Assembly: GCA_965603395.1 (NCBI GenBank)
Contig: CBFDCV010000001.1
Span: forward strand, 5,389 to 69,388
DNA: 64,000 nt
Source of the DNA: an uncultured candidate division WWE3 bacterium
GTDB lineage: Bacteria > Patescibacteriota > WWE3 > UBA101185 > UBA10185
Direction: 5' to 3'
Shown: positions 30,158 to 39,484 of the stretch, piece by piece
How the letters are laid out: every line of letters begins with the position of its first letter
Position numbering within the stretch: position 1 is the first letter of the stretch
The notes under the pieces: model-generated
Databases searched by the model: none
Told to the model about the DNA's origin: nothing
What the model saw: the letters and a program-made list of their open reading frames with translations, nothing else
Program-made: the position numbers and the translations under genes

Positions 30158-31168
30158 ATGTCTATAAAAATTGCTATAAATGGGTTTGGCCGAATTGGCC
30201 GTGCAGCTTATAAAATTGTGCAGGACCGCGACGATTTTGAAGTCGTTGCTGTCAATGATCTCACTAACCCTCAAACACTCCTCCATCTCTTAAAATATGA
30301 TACTGCCTATGGTAAATATGAAAGGACATGCAGTATAGAGGAAGGGTTTTTGGTAACAGATGGAAAAAAATCTAAGTTTTTAAATCAAAAGGTGCCTGCT
30401 GAACTTCCCTGGTCCGAACTTGGCATTGACGTGGTTTTGGAATGCACCGGATTTTTCGTGAAAGATGGAGCTTCTAAAGCGCACCTGGAAGCCGGAGCCA
30501 AAAGTGTAGTAGTTTCTGCTCCCACCAAGGGTAGCGATGATATAAAAATATATTTAAAAGGGGTCAACGAAGACGCTTACCAGGGCGATAATGTAATTTC
30601 CAACGCCTCTTGTACTACCAACTGCATTGCACCCACTATTTCAGTTATTCATAAAGCCTTAGGTGTTAAAAAGGCCGGACTTACCACCATTCATGCTATA
30701 ACCTCAACTCAAAAATTGGTAGATAGCCCCGATAAAGACTTAAGACGCGCCAGAGCCGCCGGCTACAATATGATACCTACTACCACCGGAGCGGCCATAG
30801 CCACTACTAAAGCTATGCCCGATCTAGAAGGCAAATTTGATGGCCTCGCTATTAGAGTTCCTATCTTGGTAGGCTCTCTGTCTGACATCACCATGCTGGT
30901 AGAAAAACCAACCACCGTAGAGGAAATCAACCAGCTATACGTTAACGCCAAAGAGAGCCCTCTCTACAAAGGAATCTTGGAAACAACTACAGAACCTATC
31001 GTTTCAAGTGATGTTGTTAAAACTCCTTACTCTGCCATTGTTGATCTAGGTATGACCAGAGTAATAGATGGTGATCTTGTGAAAGTTCTAGCTTGGTATG
31101 ACAACGAGTGGGGCTACAGCCATAGACTAATCGATATGGCCGCAGTTTTAGCCTCCCAACTGACCTAA
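30158..31168 (+). CDS. gap: Glyceraldehyde-3-phosphate dehydrogenase (type I)
   Basis: INGFGRIGR, SNASCTTNC, WYDNEWGYS. Confidence 0.98.
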   Translation: MSIKIAINGFGRIGRAAYKIVQDRDDFEVVAVNDLTNPQTLLHLLKYDTAYGKYERTCSIEEGFLVTDGKKSKFLNQKVPAELPWSELGIDVVLECTGFFVKDGASKAHLEAGAKSVVVSAPTKGSDDIKIYLKGVNEDAYQGDNVISNASCTTNCIAPTISVIHKALGVKKAGLTTIHAITSTQKLVDSPDKDLRRARAAGYNMIPTTTGAAIATTKAMPDLEGKFDGLAIRVPILVGSLSDITMLVEKPTTVEEINQLYVNAKESPLYKGILETTTEPIVSSDVVKTPYSAIVDLGMTRVIDGDLVKVLAWYDNEWGYSHRLIDMAAVLASQLT

Positions 31169-31213
31169 AAACTTCGTCCTAACCTGTGTTAACGTGATAA
31201 AATAGCTCCATCA

Positions 31214-31483
31214 ATGGCTAAAAATCTTAAAGTATCTTTTCCTCAAAAATGCATAGGATGTGAAGTTTGCGTCTTTGAAGCTCAAAGGCAGTTAAAAAAA
31301 GTTGGTTTAGAAGGCTCGCTGATTAGAATTTTTCGAAACAAAAAAGAAGACAAGGAATTTTTGGAGTACTCCATAGACATAGAACCCCGTTTGAATAAAC
31401 TTGATATTGAAGCCATTAAAAATATGTGCCCAACGGAAGTGTTTGAAGTTGTGGAAGAAGAAAACGATGGACTTATCGAGTAA
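31214..31483 (+). CDS. 4Fe-4S ferredoxin-like protein (single cluster)
   Basis: CIGCEVC at the N-terminus and CPTEV at the C-terminus. Confidence 0.85.
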   Translation: MAKNLKVSFPQKCIGCEVCVFEAQRQLKKVGLEGSLIRIFRNKKEDKEFLEYSIDIEPRLNKLDIEAIKNMCPTEVFEVVEEENDGLIE

Positions 31484-32309
31484 AAAAATACTTTTCATCA
31501 ACCTGGGTGAAAAAACTTCGGAAGTTAAAACATTTCCTGATCTACATAAATACATTGGTGGCGTTGCGCTGGGCCTAAGACTATACGAACTGCATAAGGA
31601 TCAGGATCCCGTAATCTTTTCCGTTGGTCCCCTAAATGGTATGTTTCCATACGTCTCAAAAACTTCCGTTGTATTCAACCTGGAGGGCGTCATGGAAGAT
31701 ATTTATTTTGGTGGTTACTTATCCACTAGAATAAAGTTCGCCGATATTGACTCCATAGTAATCTACGGAAAATCCGCTGAGCCTGTGATATTAGATCTTC
31801 ACAACGATTCTGTTTCTTTCAAGTCCGCTGATACAGTTGCGGGATCCCTGGGTCTTCCCGGAAAAAGAAGTTTCTTATCATATCAAGAAAAAGCTATGGT
31901 TTTAGATGACTATTTTACAGTACCTGATAACTTATTGAATAAAAAATTTGATAAAAATGGTTTAGCCGGTTTAACTGTTACAGGAACATGTACTTTTACA
32001 CCGAAGGATCTGGACAAATATGAATCTCTCTACAAAGAATTGGTGGGTAAAACTTTAGATATTAGAGTTGAGAAAGGGTTTTTCCCGTCTTGCTCCGGCT
32101 GCCCTATGGGCTGTGCAAAGTCCAATGTGGGTGAAATTGGGGGAAATGTACTAGCACATAGCATGGTAGCATGTGAATTTGCCGAAGATATTTATACAGA
32201 TGTGGGAACAGTCTTTTCGTGCTTAAATATATTAGGGTATGATTATACGCACGAAGATATTGAAAATCTTCCCGTACTTGTTCAAAATACTCTAAAAAGC
32301 TTGAGCTAA
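31467..32309 (+). CDS. Truncated aldehyde:ferredoxin oxidoreductase-family protein (280 aa)
   Basis: AOR N-domain motifs KILFINL, YIGG, GPLNGMFP, GG...K..D.IVIYGK..PV; CSGCPMGC Fe-S motif; ATG 31467 overlaps the ferredoxin end. Confidence 0.8.
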   Translation: MDLSSKKILFINLGEKTSEVKTFPDLHKYIGGVALGLRLYELHKDQDPVIFSVGPLNGMFPYVSKTSVVFNLEGVMEDIYFGGYLSTRIKFADIDSIVIYGKSAEPVILDLHNDSVSFKSADTVAGSLGLPGKRSFLSYQEKAMVLDDYFTVPDNLLNKKFDKNGLAGLTVTGTCTFTPKDLDKYESLYKELVGKTLDIRVEKGFFPSCSGCPMGCAKSNVGEIGGNVLAHSMVACEFAEDIYTDVGTVFSCLNILGYDYTHEDIENLPVLVQNTLKSLS

Positions 32310-32310
32310 C

Positions 32311-32967
32311 ATGAAATATATTATTGCTAATTGGAAAATGAATATGAATCTGCACGAGATTGAGAAGTGGCTATCCCAATTTACCTCTTTGCTAGAAGGA
32401 AAAAGCTTTAAAAACAAAGTCGTGTTGGCTGCTTCTTTCCCCCACCTTAAGTATGTGTCTGATTTCTGCTCCTTACACAACATAACTTGCTCTGCTCAAG
32501 ACATATCTTTTTACGAAAAGGGGGCACATACCGGGGATGTTGGCGCCTTTCAACTTAGAGAAATATGCCAGTTTAGTATTGTCGGCCACAGCGAAAGAGA
32601 GGAATCAAAAAACATGGTTAAGGAAAAACGCGGTGCTTGTATCAACCACAATATTACACCTATTGTATGCTTTACAAAAATAGAAGAATGGTCACAAAAC
32701 ATTGTAAAGGGAGCATTACTTGCCTGGGAAGATCCTGAAAACATTTCCAAAGGAGGTGTGTACAAAGAAAAGAATCCTTCTGATATTGAACAGTCTTATG
32801 ACTATTTTATGCAGCAGTCGCCCCAAACACCAGTGATTTATGGGGGATCTGTGCATAGGCGAAATGCACCTCATTTAGCTAAAATCCCTAATGTGGGCGG
32901 TGTTTTGATTGGAAATGCAAGCCTAGACCCCCAACATTTCATGGATATAATTTCTGCCTTTGAGTAA
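32311..32967 (+). CDS. tpiA: Triosephosphate isomerase (short, divergent)
   Basis: ANWKMN, GHSER, YGGSV, GVLIGNASL; AWED in place of AYEP. Confidence 0.9.
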   Translation: MKYIIANWKMNMNLHEIEKWLSQFTSLLEGKSFKNKVVLAASFPHLKYVSDFCSLHNITCSAQDISFYEKGAHTGDVGAFQLREICQFSIVGHSEREESKNMVKEKRGACINHNITPIVCFTKIEEWSQNIVKGALLAWEDPENISKGGVYKEKNPSDIEQSYDYFMQQSPQTPVIYGGSVHRRNAPHLAKIPNVGGVLIGNASLDPQHFMDIISAFE

Positions 32968-34044
32968 ATGACCTACATTGACGTTAAGATAAAAAAGAAA
33001 AAAGAAAAGAAGAAAAATCTATTGTGGTTAAAGATGTTGATAGCATTTTTGTTTCTCGGTTTGTTGATTGGCGGTGGTGTGGTTTTGGCAAAAAAGGGTG
33101 CTAAGTGGTTTGACCCAATCTCAATTGTTGCCACTGTCTCTGCATCTAATTTAAAAGAAACTGATGGAAGAACCAACGTACTCATCTTGGGATCTGATAG
33201 AAGAGCTGCCGGTACTGTTGAATCTGAGCTTACCGACACTCTTCTTCTTATGTCCATCGGCAGAGTGGAGCATGACGTGGTATTAATCTCTCTTCCTAGA
33301 GATCTTTGGGTGGAAGATCCACGTGGTGCAAAATCAAAAATAAATGCTGTTTACACACTCAATAAAGAAGATGGTACCGACACTATTACCGGTGGTGATG
33401 CCTTGATGAATGTGGCTAAAGAGGTATTAGGTGTTTCTATCCACTATTATTCAGTTATAAATTTTGAACTTTTCAGAGAGATTATTGATATTTTAGGTGG
33501 TATAGATGTTGAAGTGGAAAGATCCTTCATAGATCACTACTATCCTGTGGAAGGTAAGGAAAATGCTCCCGAGAACGAGAGGTATGAAACTGTAGCTTTT
33601 GACAAGGGCGTACAAACCATGAACGGGGAACGTGCATTAAAATATGTCCGGTCCAGAAAAGGCACCAATGGAGAAAACACCGACTTTGCCCGCTCCGAAA
33701 GACAACAGAGAGTTATTTCTGCCATAAAAAGCAAAGCTCTTTCGCTTGAAACTCTTGTCAATCCCATAAAAATAAAAGAGCTATACGAAATTTATTCCAC
33801 CCAAATTGACACTAACATCAACTTTAGTGATGTACAAAGTTTTTATCTTCTTTCTCAACAAATTGATTTTGACAGAGTTACATCCATTGTTTTAGACGAC
33901 AGAAGCGCAGCGGATGAAGGTGGTTTGTTATATGCTCCCTCTGAAACAGAGTTGTACGGTGGTGCTTACGTCTTAATACCCAAGGTTGGTGATTTCTCAC
34001 AACTACATGCCTATGTACAAAGATATTTATTTGGCCAAAAATGA
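32968..34044 (+). CDS. LytR-CpsA-Psr (LCP) family protein
   Basis: TNVLILGSD, LTDT, SLPRDL, KINA, YVRSR, DFARSERQQ. Confidence 0.93.
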   Translation: MTYIDVKIKKKKEKKKNLLWLKMLIAFLFLGLLIGGGVVLAKKGAKWFDPISIVATVSASNLKETDGRTNVLILGSDRRAAGTVESELTDTLLLMSIGRVEHDVVLISLPRDLWVEDPRGAKSKINAVYTLNKEDGTDTITGGDALMNVAKEVLGVSIHYYSVINFELFREIIDILGGIDVEVERSFIDHYYPVEGKENAPENERYETVAFDKGVQTMNGERALKYVRSRKGTNGENTDFARSERQQRVISAIKSKALSLETLVNPIKIKELYEIYSTQIDTNINFSDVQSFYLLSQQIDFDRVTSIVLDDRSAADEGGLLYAPSETELYGGAYVLIPKVGDFSQLHAYVQRYLFGQK

Positions 34045-34742
34045 TTTATTTAGTCCACGGTGATGATTATGCAAAATCCAGAATACTAGTTATTAACCAG
34101 CAAAAAAAACTAGCCATGGGATTAAAAGTTGAAAGGGACGTAGCAGACTTTTCTCCCAGAGAACTTTACGAAACCGCTTGTTCTTTTGACATTTTTGGTA
34201 ATCCCCCTTTCATTGTTCTCAATATACCTAACACTAAAGTGGCTGAGTCTGAAGAGTATATAAAAGTAATTAAAAAAATTCCTCATGAAACAGTTTTAAT
34301 AATTTTATGTCAAAGAGAGCTGGGCCGTACCAACGCCTTTTACAAAAGCGCACCTAAGATCAAGGCTAAAGTTGCCCTAAATAACAAAGCTCAGACATCA
34401 AATATCTTTAAATTTGTTGATAGCGTATTTTTTCAGAATAAAAATTCCTCTTATGAAGAATTAGAAAAACTGACCGATGAAGGTAACGATGCTTTCTATA
34501 TACTTTCCATGCTGCTTTACGGCCTCAGAAACATAACTCATGCCAAGTTTAGTACAGTAGAGTTTGCCAAAAAAAGCAGTTTTGTGAGAGAAAAAGCTCT
34601 TATACAAGCTGAAAACTTTTCTCAACAAAACATTAGGGAGTTGTTCGATTTTATGTACGATGTGGACAAGAAACTTAAAACAGGCCTTATAAATCAGGAA
34701 ATCGCTTTAGTGTACACTATAGAGAAAATACTAAGTATTTAA
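34041..34742 (+). CDS. holA: DNA polymerase III delta subunit-like protein (short)
   Basis: MIYLVHGDD N-terminus, NIFKFVD, DKKLKTG C-terminus; close to rpsT and lepA. Confidence 0.7.
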   Translation: MIYLVHGDDYAKSRILVINQQKKLAMGLKVERDVADFSPRELYETACSFDIFGNPPFIVLNIPNTKVAESEEYIKVIKKIPHETVLIILCQRELGRTNAFYKSAPKIKAKVALNNKAQTSNIFKFVDSVFFQNKNSSYEELEKLTDEGNDAFYILSMLLYGLRNITHAKFSTVEFAKKSSFVREKALIQAENFSQQNIRELFDFMYDVDKKLKTGLINQEIALVYTIEKILSI

Positions 34743-34747
34743 AACTT

Positions 34748-35506
34748 ATGGAAAAAAAGGTTTACATAAAAGATGAAAGTTTCGATCCTATTTACAATGA
34801 GGTCAGTAAGGGCTTTTACGCTAAGACCAGGATGTTGCCTTCCTTGCTTTTCTTTTCCGGTATGTTCGTATTTGCTACCCAAGTTTTACTTCCAATATTA
34901 GTTTTTAAAACCCACGATGAATCCATTGAACTATTAGACAATAGTACTGTGTTGGGAAGAGCTGCCGGCTTTTATAACTTTCAGTTTGATGAGCTGGAAG
35001 AGCTTAGTCAAAAGGAAAATGTTTTTGAGAACACACAAGTATTAGGAACTTCAAATGAAAATGGTGCTACAAATGTACCCGATTATTTTTATCTCTCCAT
35101 ACCAAAATTAAAAATAAAGGATGCTTTAGTAGAAACTAACTCTGAGAGTTTAAATCCTTCTTCTGCCCTTGGTCACTATCCGGGAACCTCTCTTCCGGGA
35201 GAAAACGGAAATGCCTTCATCTACGGACACTCTGTTCTCCCCTGGTTTTTTAACACCAATAACTATAAAACACTCTTCTCTACCTTGGGAAAGCTTGAGC
35301 CCGGTGATGAGTTCTACATCACATATAACAACAGATCGTATACCTACGTGGTAGAAACAACAGAGGAGCTCTCCCCTTCAGAAGTTAAGCCCTTAGATGA
35401 GATAAAACCAAAATATCTGAATGAGTCCACTGTTGTTCTCATGACTTGCTCACCTCCGGGAACAAAGCTCAAAAGGTTACTTATAAATGGGATATTGGTG
35501 GATTAA
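34748..35506 (+). CDS. Sortase
   Basis: LSIPKL, GHYPGTSLPGE, YGH, LMTC..PG...R catalytic His/Cys/Arg. Confidence 0.92.
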   Translation: MEKKVYIKDESFDPIYNEVSKGFYAKTRMLPSLLFFSGMFVFATQVLLPILVFKTHDESIELLDNSTVLGRAAGFYNFQFDELEELSQKENVFENTQVLGTSNENGATNVPDYFYLSIPKLKIKDALVETNSESLNPSSALGHYPGTSLPGENGNAFIYGHSVLPWFFNTNNYKTLFSTLGKLEPGDEFYITYNNRSYTYVVETTEELSPSEVKPLDEIKPKYLNESTVVLMTCSPPGTKLKRLLINGILVD

Positions 35507-36057
35507 TCAAGATCGTCCAAAACGTCTTTTTCGAAGTTGTATAAAGCAATATTTCTTGGTCCTATAAACATTACGTATGCCGCAAACCCCAGTATTACCA
35601 AGGTAAGAACTATGCCCATCGTCGGCCCTGAAATTCCTGTATCGGGAACTGTTGATTGCGCTGTTTCTGTGGCATCGCTTGTGCTTTCTGTAGCTACCAT
35701 GGTAGCGGTGTCTGCTGTGTCCGAACCTGCTAGTACCTGTCTTTGAGGTATATTATCCATTTTTTGATTTGCCAATTCTTCAAACACACTGGCTTTCTCT
35801 TCCTCAACGCCCTCACTTACATCCACCGGTATTTCCTCCGCTCTAACATCAGCTTCCCCCAAAGTGGCTGTTTCTAAATCCTCGTCTAGGGAAACAGGCG
35901 CTTTGAGGCTGCTGCTGATTTCGTTTTTTTCAACATATGAGGTTTCTTCCTGTTCATTATTTATAATGTAATATATAGCACTAAAAACAATTAGCGATAT
36001 CGCTAACGTTAGTATGAAAGTTTTAAATCCTTTTGTTGCTTGAGTTTTAGAATTCAT
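35503..36057 (-). CDS. Membrane protein with an LPXTG-like sorting signal (VPDTG)
   Basis: N-terminal TM, acidic linker, then VPDTG followed by a hydrophobic helix. Confidence 0.65.
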   Translation of the reverse strand: MNSKTQATKGFKTFILTLAISLIVFSAIYYIINNEQEETSYVEKNEISSSLKAPVSLDEDLETATLGEADVRAEEIPVDVSEGVEEEKASVFEELANQKMDNIPQRQVLAGSDTADTATMVATESTSDATETAQSTVPDTGISGPTMGIVLTLVILGFAAYVMFIGPRNIALYNFEKDVLDDLD

Positions 36058-36235
36058 AGGCAGGCTTAAATTCCTGTTTTAGAAATTCAAGATCCAAATC
36101 TTCCCCGGACATTATCGCTTTTTCTAAAAATTGATAACTTACGTACCTCTCCTCCGAAAATGTCCTCGCACCAGCTCCTATCCATAATATAACAATTAAC
36201 AATAAAATTAACAATATAATAATAATTTTTCTCAT
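36047..36235 (-). CDS. Small single-TM protein
   Basis: Packed between co-oriented genes; N-terminal TM. Confidence 0.55.
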   Translation of the reverse strand: MRKIIIILLILLLIVILWIGAGARTFSEERYVSYQFLEKAIMSGEDLDLEFLKQEFKPAYEF

Positions 36236-36236
36236 A

Positions 36237-36794
36237 CTATCTTTCTAGATAAAACGCCCGTAAAAAAATTTGTATATGAGCAGTGTCTCCCTCTAAACTA
36301 TATGTGAATTTTCTCACAACGGAAAGTCTGTTTATATCCTCTATCGATCTGATGAAGGGGTGAATTTGAAAAGGCGGCCCTTGAAAGGTTGCTCTAAGCT
36401 CAACATAATCATCTTCAGTATGTTGATTCTGCATTTTTTTCTGCTTAAGACCGTTTACGGCTGCGGCATTTACTAAACCTAGCATGTAGTCTTCAATTTT
36501 TCTCTCCTTCGGCACAGCAACCTCCAACATATTTAAATAAAATTTTGATTCGTTCAGCTTAACCCCCAACGTGTCTATGTTCTTACTCTTCATTTCCAGT
36601 TTTGCATTAAGTTCATTTAGTTCTGACAGTGTTAGTAATCTCCTCCTTGTTATCTTTACAAGTGAGTAAATACCAATTAGATCAAAAACTATAATAGTAA
36701 AGACTAAGAGAAATGAGAAAATTATGCTCTGAAGCCTCTTATTTTCCAGATTTCTCCTGTAGGTATTCAGTTGTTTTCTCATTTGCTCATTCAT
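36237..36794 (-). CDS. PilO-like bitopic protein
   Basis: TM, coiled coil, then AVP and FQG...FIRSIEDINRL pattern typical of PilO. Confidence 0.55.
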   Translation of the reverse strand: MNEQMRKQLNTYRRNLENKRLQSIIFSFLLVFTIIVFDLIGIYSLVKITRRRLLTLSELNELNAKLEMKSKNIDTLGVKLNESKFYLNMLEVAVPKERKIEDYMLGLVNAAAVNGLKQKKMQNQHTEDDYVELRATFQGPPFQIHPFIRSIEDINRLSVVRKFTYSLEGDTAHIQIFLRAFYLER

Positions 36795-37411
36795 TTCATT
36801 TGTACCTCTAAACTTGCGTTATAACTTCTGTTTGAAGTGATGTACTCAACATAATTTATGGTAATACTGTCCACTTCTTCGCTTTCCAATAAACCAGCGA
36901 TAAGACGTGCATACGAGGTTGCTCTACTAGCTTCTGCTAGCAACTCATAGGTTAGGTGGTCTCTTTCGTATATAAGCTCTTTTATAGTCACTGTGTCCTC
37001 TAATACACCTGCCACATGTTCAAGACTTTCTCCTACGTCCGGATTCTGCAGCTTTGTGTCCTTATAAAGCTTTGTCACCCTGGAAATAATTCTCACTTGA
37101 TCTTCGATATGAGAATTTCTCTCGATTGCCTCTATATGAACATCTCTGATTTTTACACCACTTTCCAGTAAACTTTGCAGGAACACATTTACAGCAAAAA
37201 ATATAACGTAGATTACAGCTGTAACAATGGCTAACGTTTTTACAGACCTGGCAATTTTTGGCCCTGCCTTCATTATTAAACTTTTTGTTTCAATTGGGGA
37301 TAAGAGATTAGGACTAAGATTTCTTTCCAGAAACGTCTCCTGCTTTTTTTGTGGAGCTTTCTTTTTTAGAGGTATTTTTTCTTTTACCAAGGGCAGTAAT
37401 TTTTTTAGCAT
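36791..37411 (-). CDS. PilN-like bitopic protein (start uncertain)
   Basis: NLL motif, TM, coiled coil, ferredoxin-like alpha/beta tail; lies upstream of the PilO-like gene. Confidence 0.45.
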   Translation of the reverse strand: MLKKLLPLVKEKIPLKKKAPQKKQETFLERNLSPNLLSPIETKSLIMKAGPKIARSVKTLAIVTAVIYVIFFAVNVFLQSLLESGVKIRDVHIEAIERNSHIEDQVRIISRVTKLYKDTKLQNPDVGESLEHVAGVLEDTVTIKELIYERDHLTYELLAEASRATSYARLIAGLLESEEVDSITINYVEYITSNRSYNASLEVQMK

Positions 37412-37652
37412 ATCTTGATTTTAATCTGTTAGCTTTATTTTTGTGGATCACATTATTCTTGGCAGCCTTGTCCAAGACCTTCTGTAACGCCATAAGCTCT
37501 TTATTAAGTATATCAGCATCAACCTGTTTATTCTCAATATTTTCCTTTAAGGACTTCACCGAATCCTTTACTTTGTTTTTCCAATATTTGTTAAATTGTC
37601 TCTTTCTCAAAGAAGATCTTACGGCTTTCTTTGCAGATTTAGTATTTGGCAT
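37314..37652 (-). CDS. rpsT: 30S ribosomal protein S20 with a Lys-rich C-terminal extension
   Basis: MPNTKSAKK, LDKAAKNNVIHKNKANRLKSR. Confidence 0.95.
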   Translation of the reverse strand: MPNTKSAKKAVRSSLRKRQFNKYWKNKVKDSVKSLKENIENKQVDADILNKELMALQKVLDKAAKNNVIHKNKANRLKSRYAKKITALGKRKNTSKKESSTKKAGDVSGKKS

Positions 37653-37748
37653 AGACGTTGCGTATAATAACATAAGTTGATAATTTAGGAAAAGACTTTC
37701 TTTGTCCTAAATTTTTTTGTGCTTATTGGGTAAAATGTAGTTAACAAT

Positions 37749-39398
37749 ATGATTAAAAGTCACAAAAGGTTCATCATCAAAACACAAAAAACAATTCTTT
37801 CAGCAGCCTTTATATTAGCTGTTGCTAGCGGCTTTAACGCCATTTTGGGCTTTATAAAAAGCAGGTTGTTGGTCACCTATTTTGGTGATTCAAAAGAGTT
37901 GGCTATTTTCTACACTGCCGATAGAATACCTGATCTTTTATACTCTGTTTTGGTTGTAGGGGCGCTTTCCACTGTTTTTATACCCGTTTTCACAACCCTT
38001 TATAAAAAAGACAAAAATAGGGCCTGGGATACCGCTTCTTCTATGATCAACATAACCGTGGGGTTTTTCCTTGTTTTATCTGTTCTCATCTTTATTTTTG
38101 CTCCATATTTGATGACTGCCTTATCTTTAGGTCAATTTGGCAAGCCAGAAATTCTTCTAGGAACCAGGTTGATGAGAGTAATGCTTGGAGCGCAGCTTAT
38201 TCTTGTGGTCAGCAGCTTTTTAACCAGCGTGTTGCAATCGTTCAAATACTTTTTGATACCAGCTCTAGCTCCCATAGCGTATAATCTTGGCTTTATTTTT
38301 GGCACTATAGCTCTTTCAAACAAGATTGGTATCTTTGGCCCTGCCGTTGGGGTAGTTATAGGAGCTCTTCTTCATGTGGTAATACAACTTCCCATGATGA
38401 GAAGTGTTAAATTCAAATTCTCTATGTTCTCTTATAACATGTACAAAAACGGAACAAGAGAGGTGTTCAAACTTATGCCAGCTAGAATAGGTAGCGTTCT
38501 TATTAATAACCTGATATACACCATCAGTAACGCCATGGCCATTCTTATTTCAACCCCTGCGGTTGTTCATCTTAAATTTGCCAACCAGCTTCAATTTTTT
38601 CCTGTGCATATATTTGGGTTCTCAATAGCACACGCCAGCCTTCCCACCTTAGCAGAAGAAGGAGATGGCCTAAGTCTAAGTAAGTTCAAGAGAACTTTTC
38701 TGACGTCTTTTCACCAGATGATGTATCTTGTTGTTCCCGCTAGTGTAATTTTACTTGTATTAAGGGTTCCCGTGGTAAGAATTGTTTATGGGGCTGCAAC
38801 TTTTCCCTGGGAAGCCACCGTAAAAACTTCCTACGCTTTGGCTTTCTTTAGTTTGTCCATTTTTGCACAAGGTGGAATATATTTAATTACCAGGGCGTTT
38901 TATGCACTTAAAGATACGAGCACTCCCGTAAAGGTAAGTGCTTTAACTTTGTTTGTTAACATTTTACTTTCTCTAACTTTTGTTAAGTACTTACAGCTGG
39001 GCATTTGGTCTGTGGCCTTTTCTTTTTCTATAACATCGGTCTTGACCTTCCTTATTCTTTTTGTTTTATTTTTCACCAAAGTAGGAGGTTTTAACATAGA
39101 CGATCTTACCCAACCTTTTGTAAAGATCTGCTACTCATCTATTTTTATGGGCGTAGGTTTATATTTACCGCTAAAACTCCTAGATCAGTTTGTTTTTGAT
39201 ACTTCAAGAACAGTTCCCCTATTGATGCTGACCGCCGTGGCCTCCCTTGCCGGAACGGCTACCTATCTTATATTCACCTGGGTATTTAAAGTGGAAGAAG
39301 TAGAGTTGCTTTTTAATCTTTTAAGAAAACTTAAACTACAAAAAGGCGCAGATGTTGTGGCAACATCAACTATTGGACTCAGAGAAGAGATAGAGTAG
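37749..39398 (+). CDS. murJ: Lipid II flippase MurJ
   Basis: RIPD, GALSTVFIPVF, PALAP..YN, RAFYALKDTSTPV. Confidence 0.93.
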   Translation: MIKSHKRFIIKTQKTILSAAFILAVASGFNAILGFIKSRLLVTYFGDSKELAIFYTADRIPDLLYSVLVVGALSTVFIPVFTTLYKKDKNRAWDTASSMINITVGFFLVLSVLIFIFAPYLMTALSLGQFGKPEILLGTRLMRVMLGAQLILVVSSFLTSVLQSFKYFLIPALAPIAYNLGFIFGTIALSNKIGIFGPAVGVVIGALLHVVIQLPMMRSVKFKFSMFSYNMYKNGTREVFKLMPARIGSVLINNLIYTISNAMAILISTPAVVHLKFANQLQFFPVHIFGFSIAHASLPTLAEEGDGLSLSKFKRTFLTSFHQMMYLVVPASVILLVLRVPVVRIVYGAATFPWEATVKTSYALAFFSLSIFAQGGIYLITRAFYALKDTSTPVKVSALTLFVNILLSLTFVKYLQLGIWSVAFSFSITSVLTFLILFVLFFTKVGGFNIDDLTQPFVKICYSSIFMGVGLYLPLKLLDQFVFDTSRTVPLLMLTAVASLAGTATYLIFTWVFKVEEVELLFNLLRKLKLQKGADVVATSTIGLREEIE

Positions 39399-39484
39399 AT
39401 AAAAATCTTTCATTTGACCTATAATATTATTTCCTGTATAAATTTAGCAGATACCCACGTACCTTACAAAAGGAGGAGATTGTC

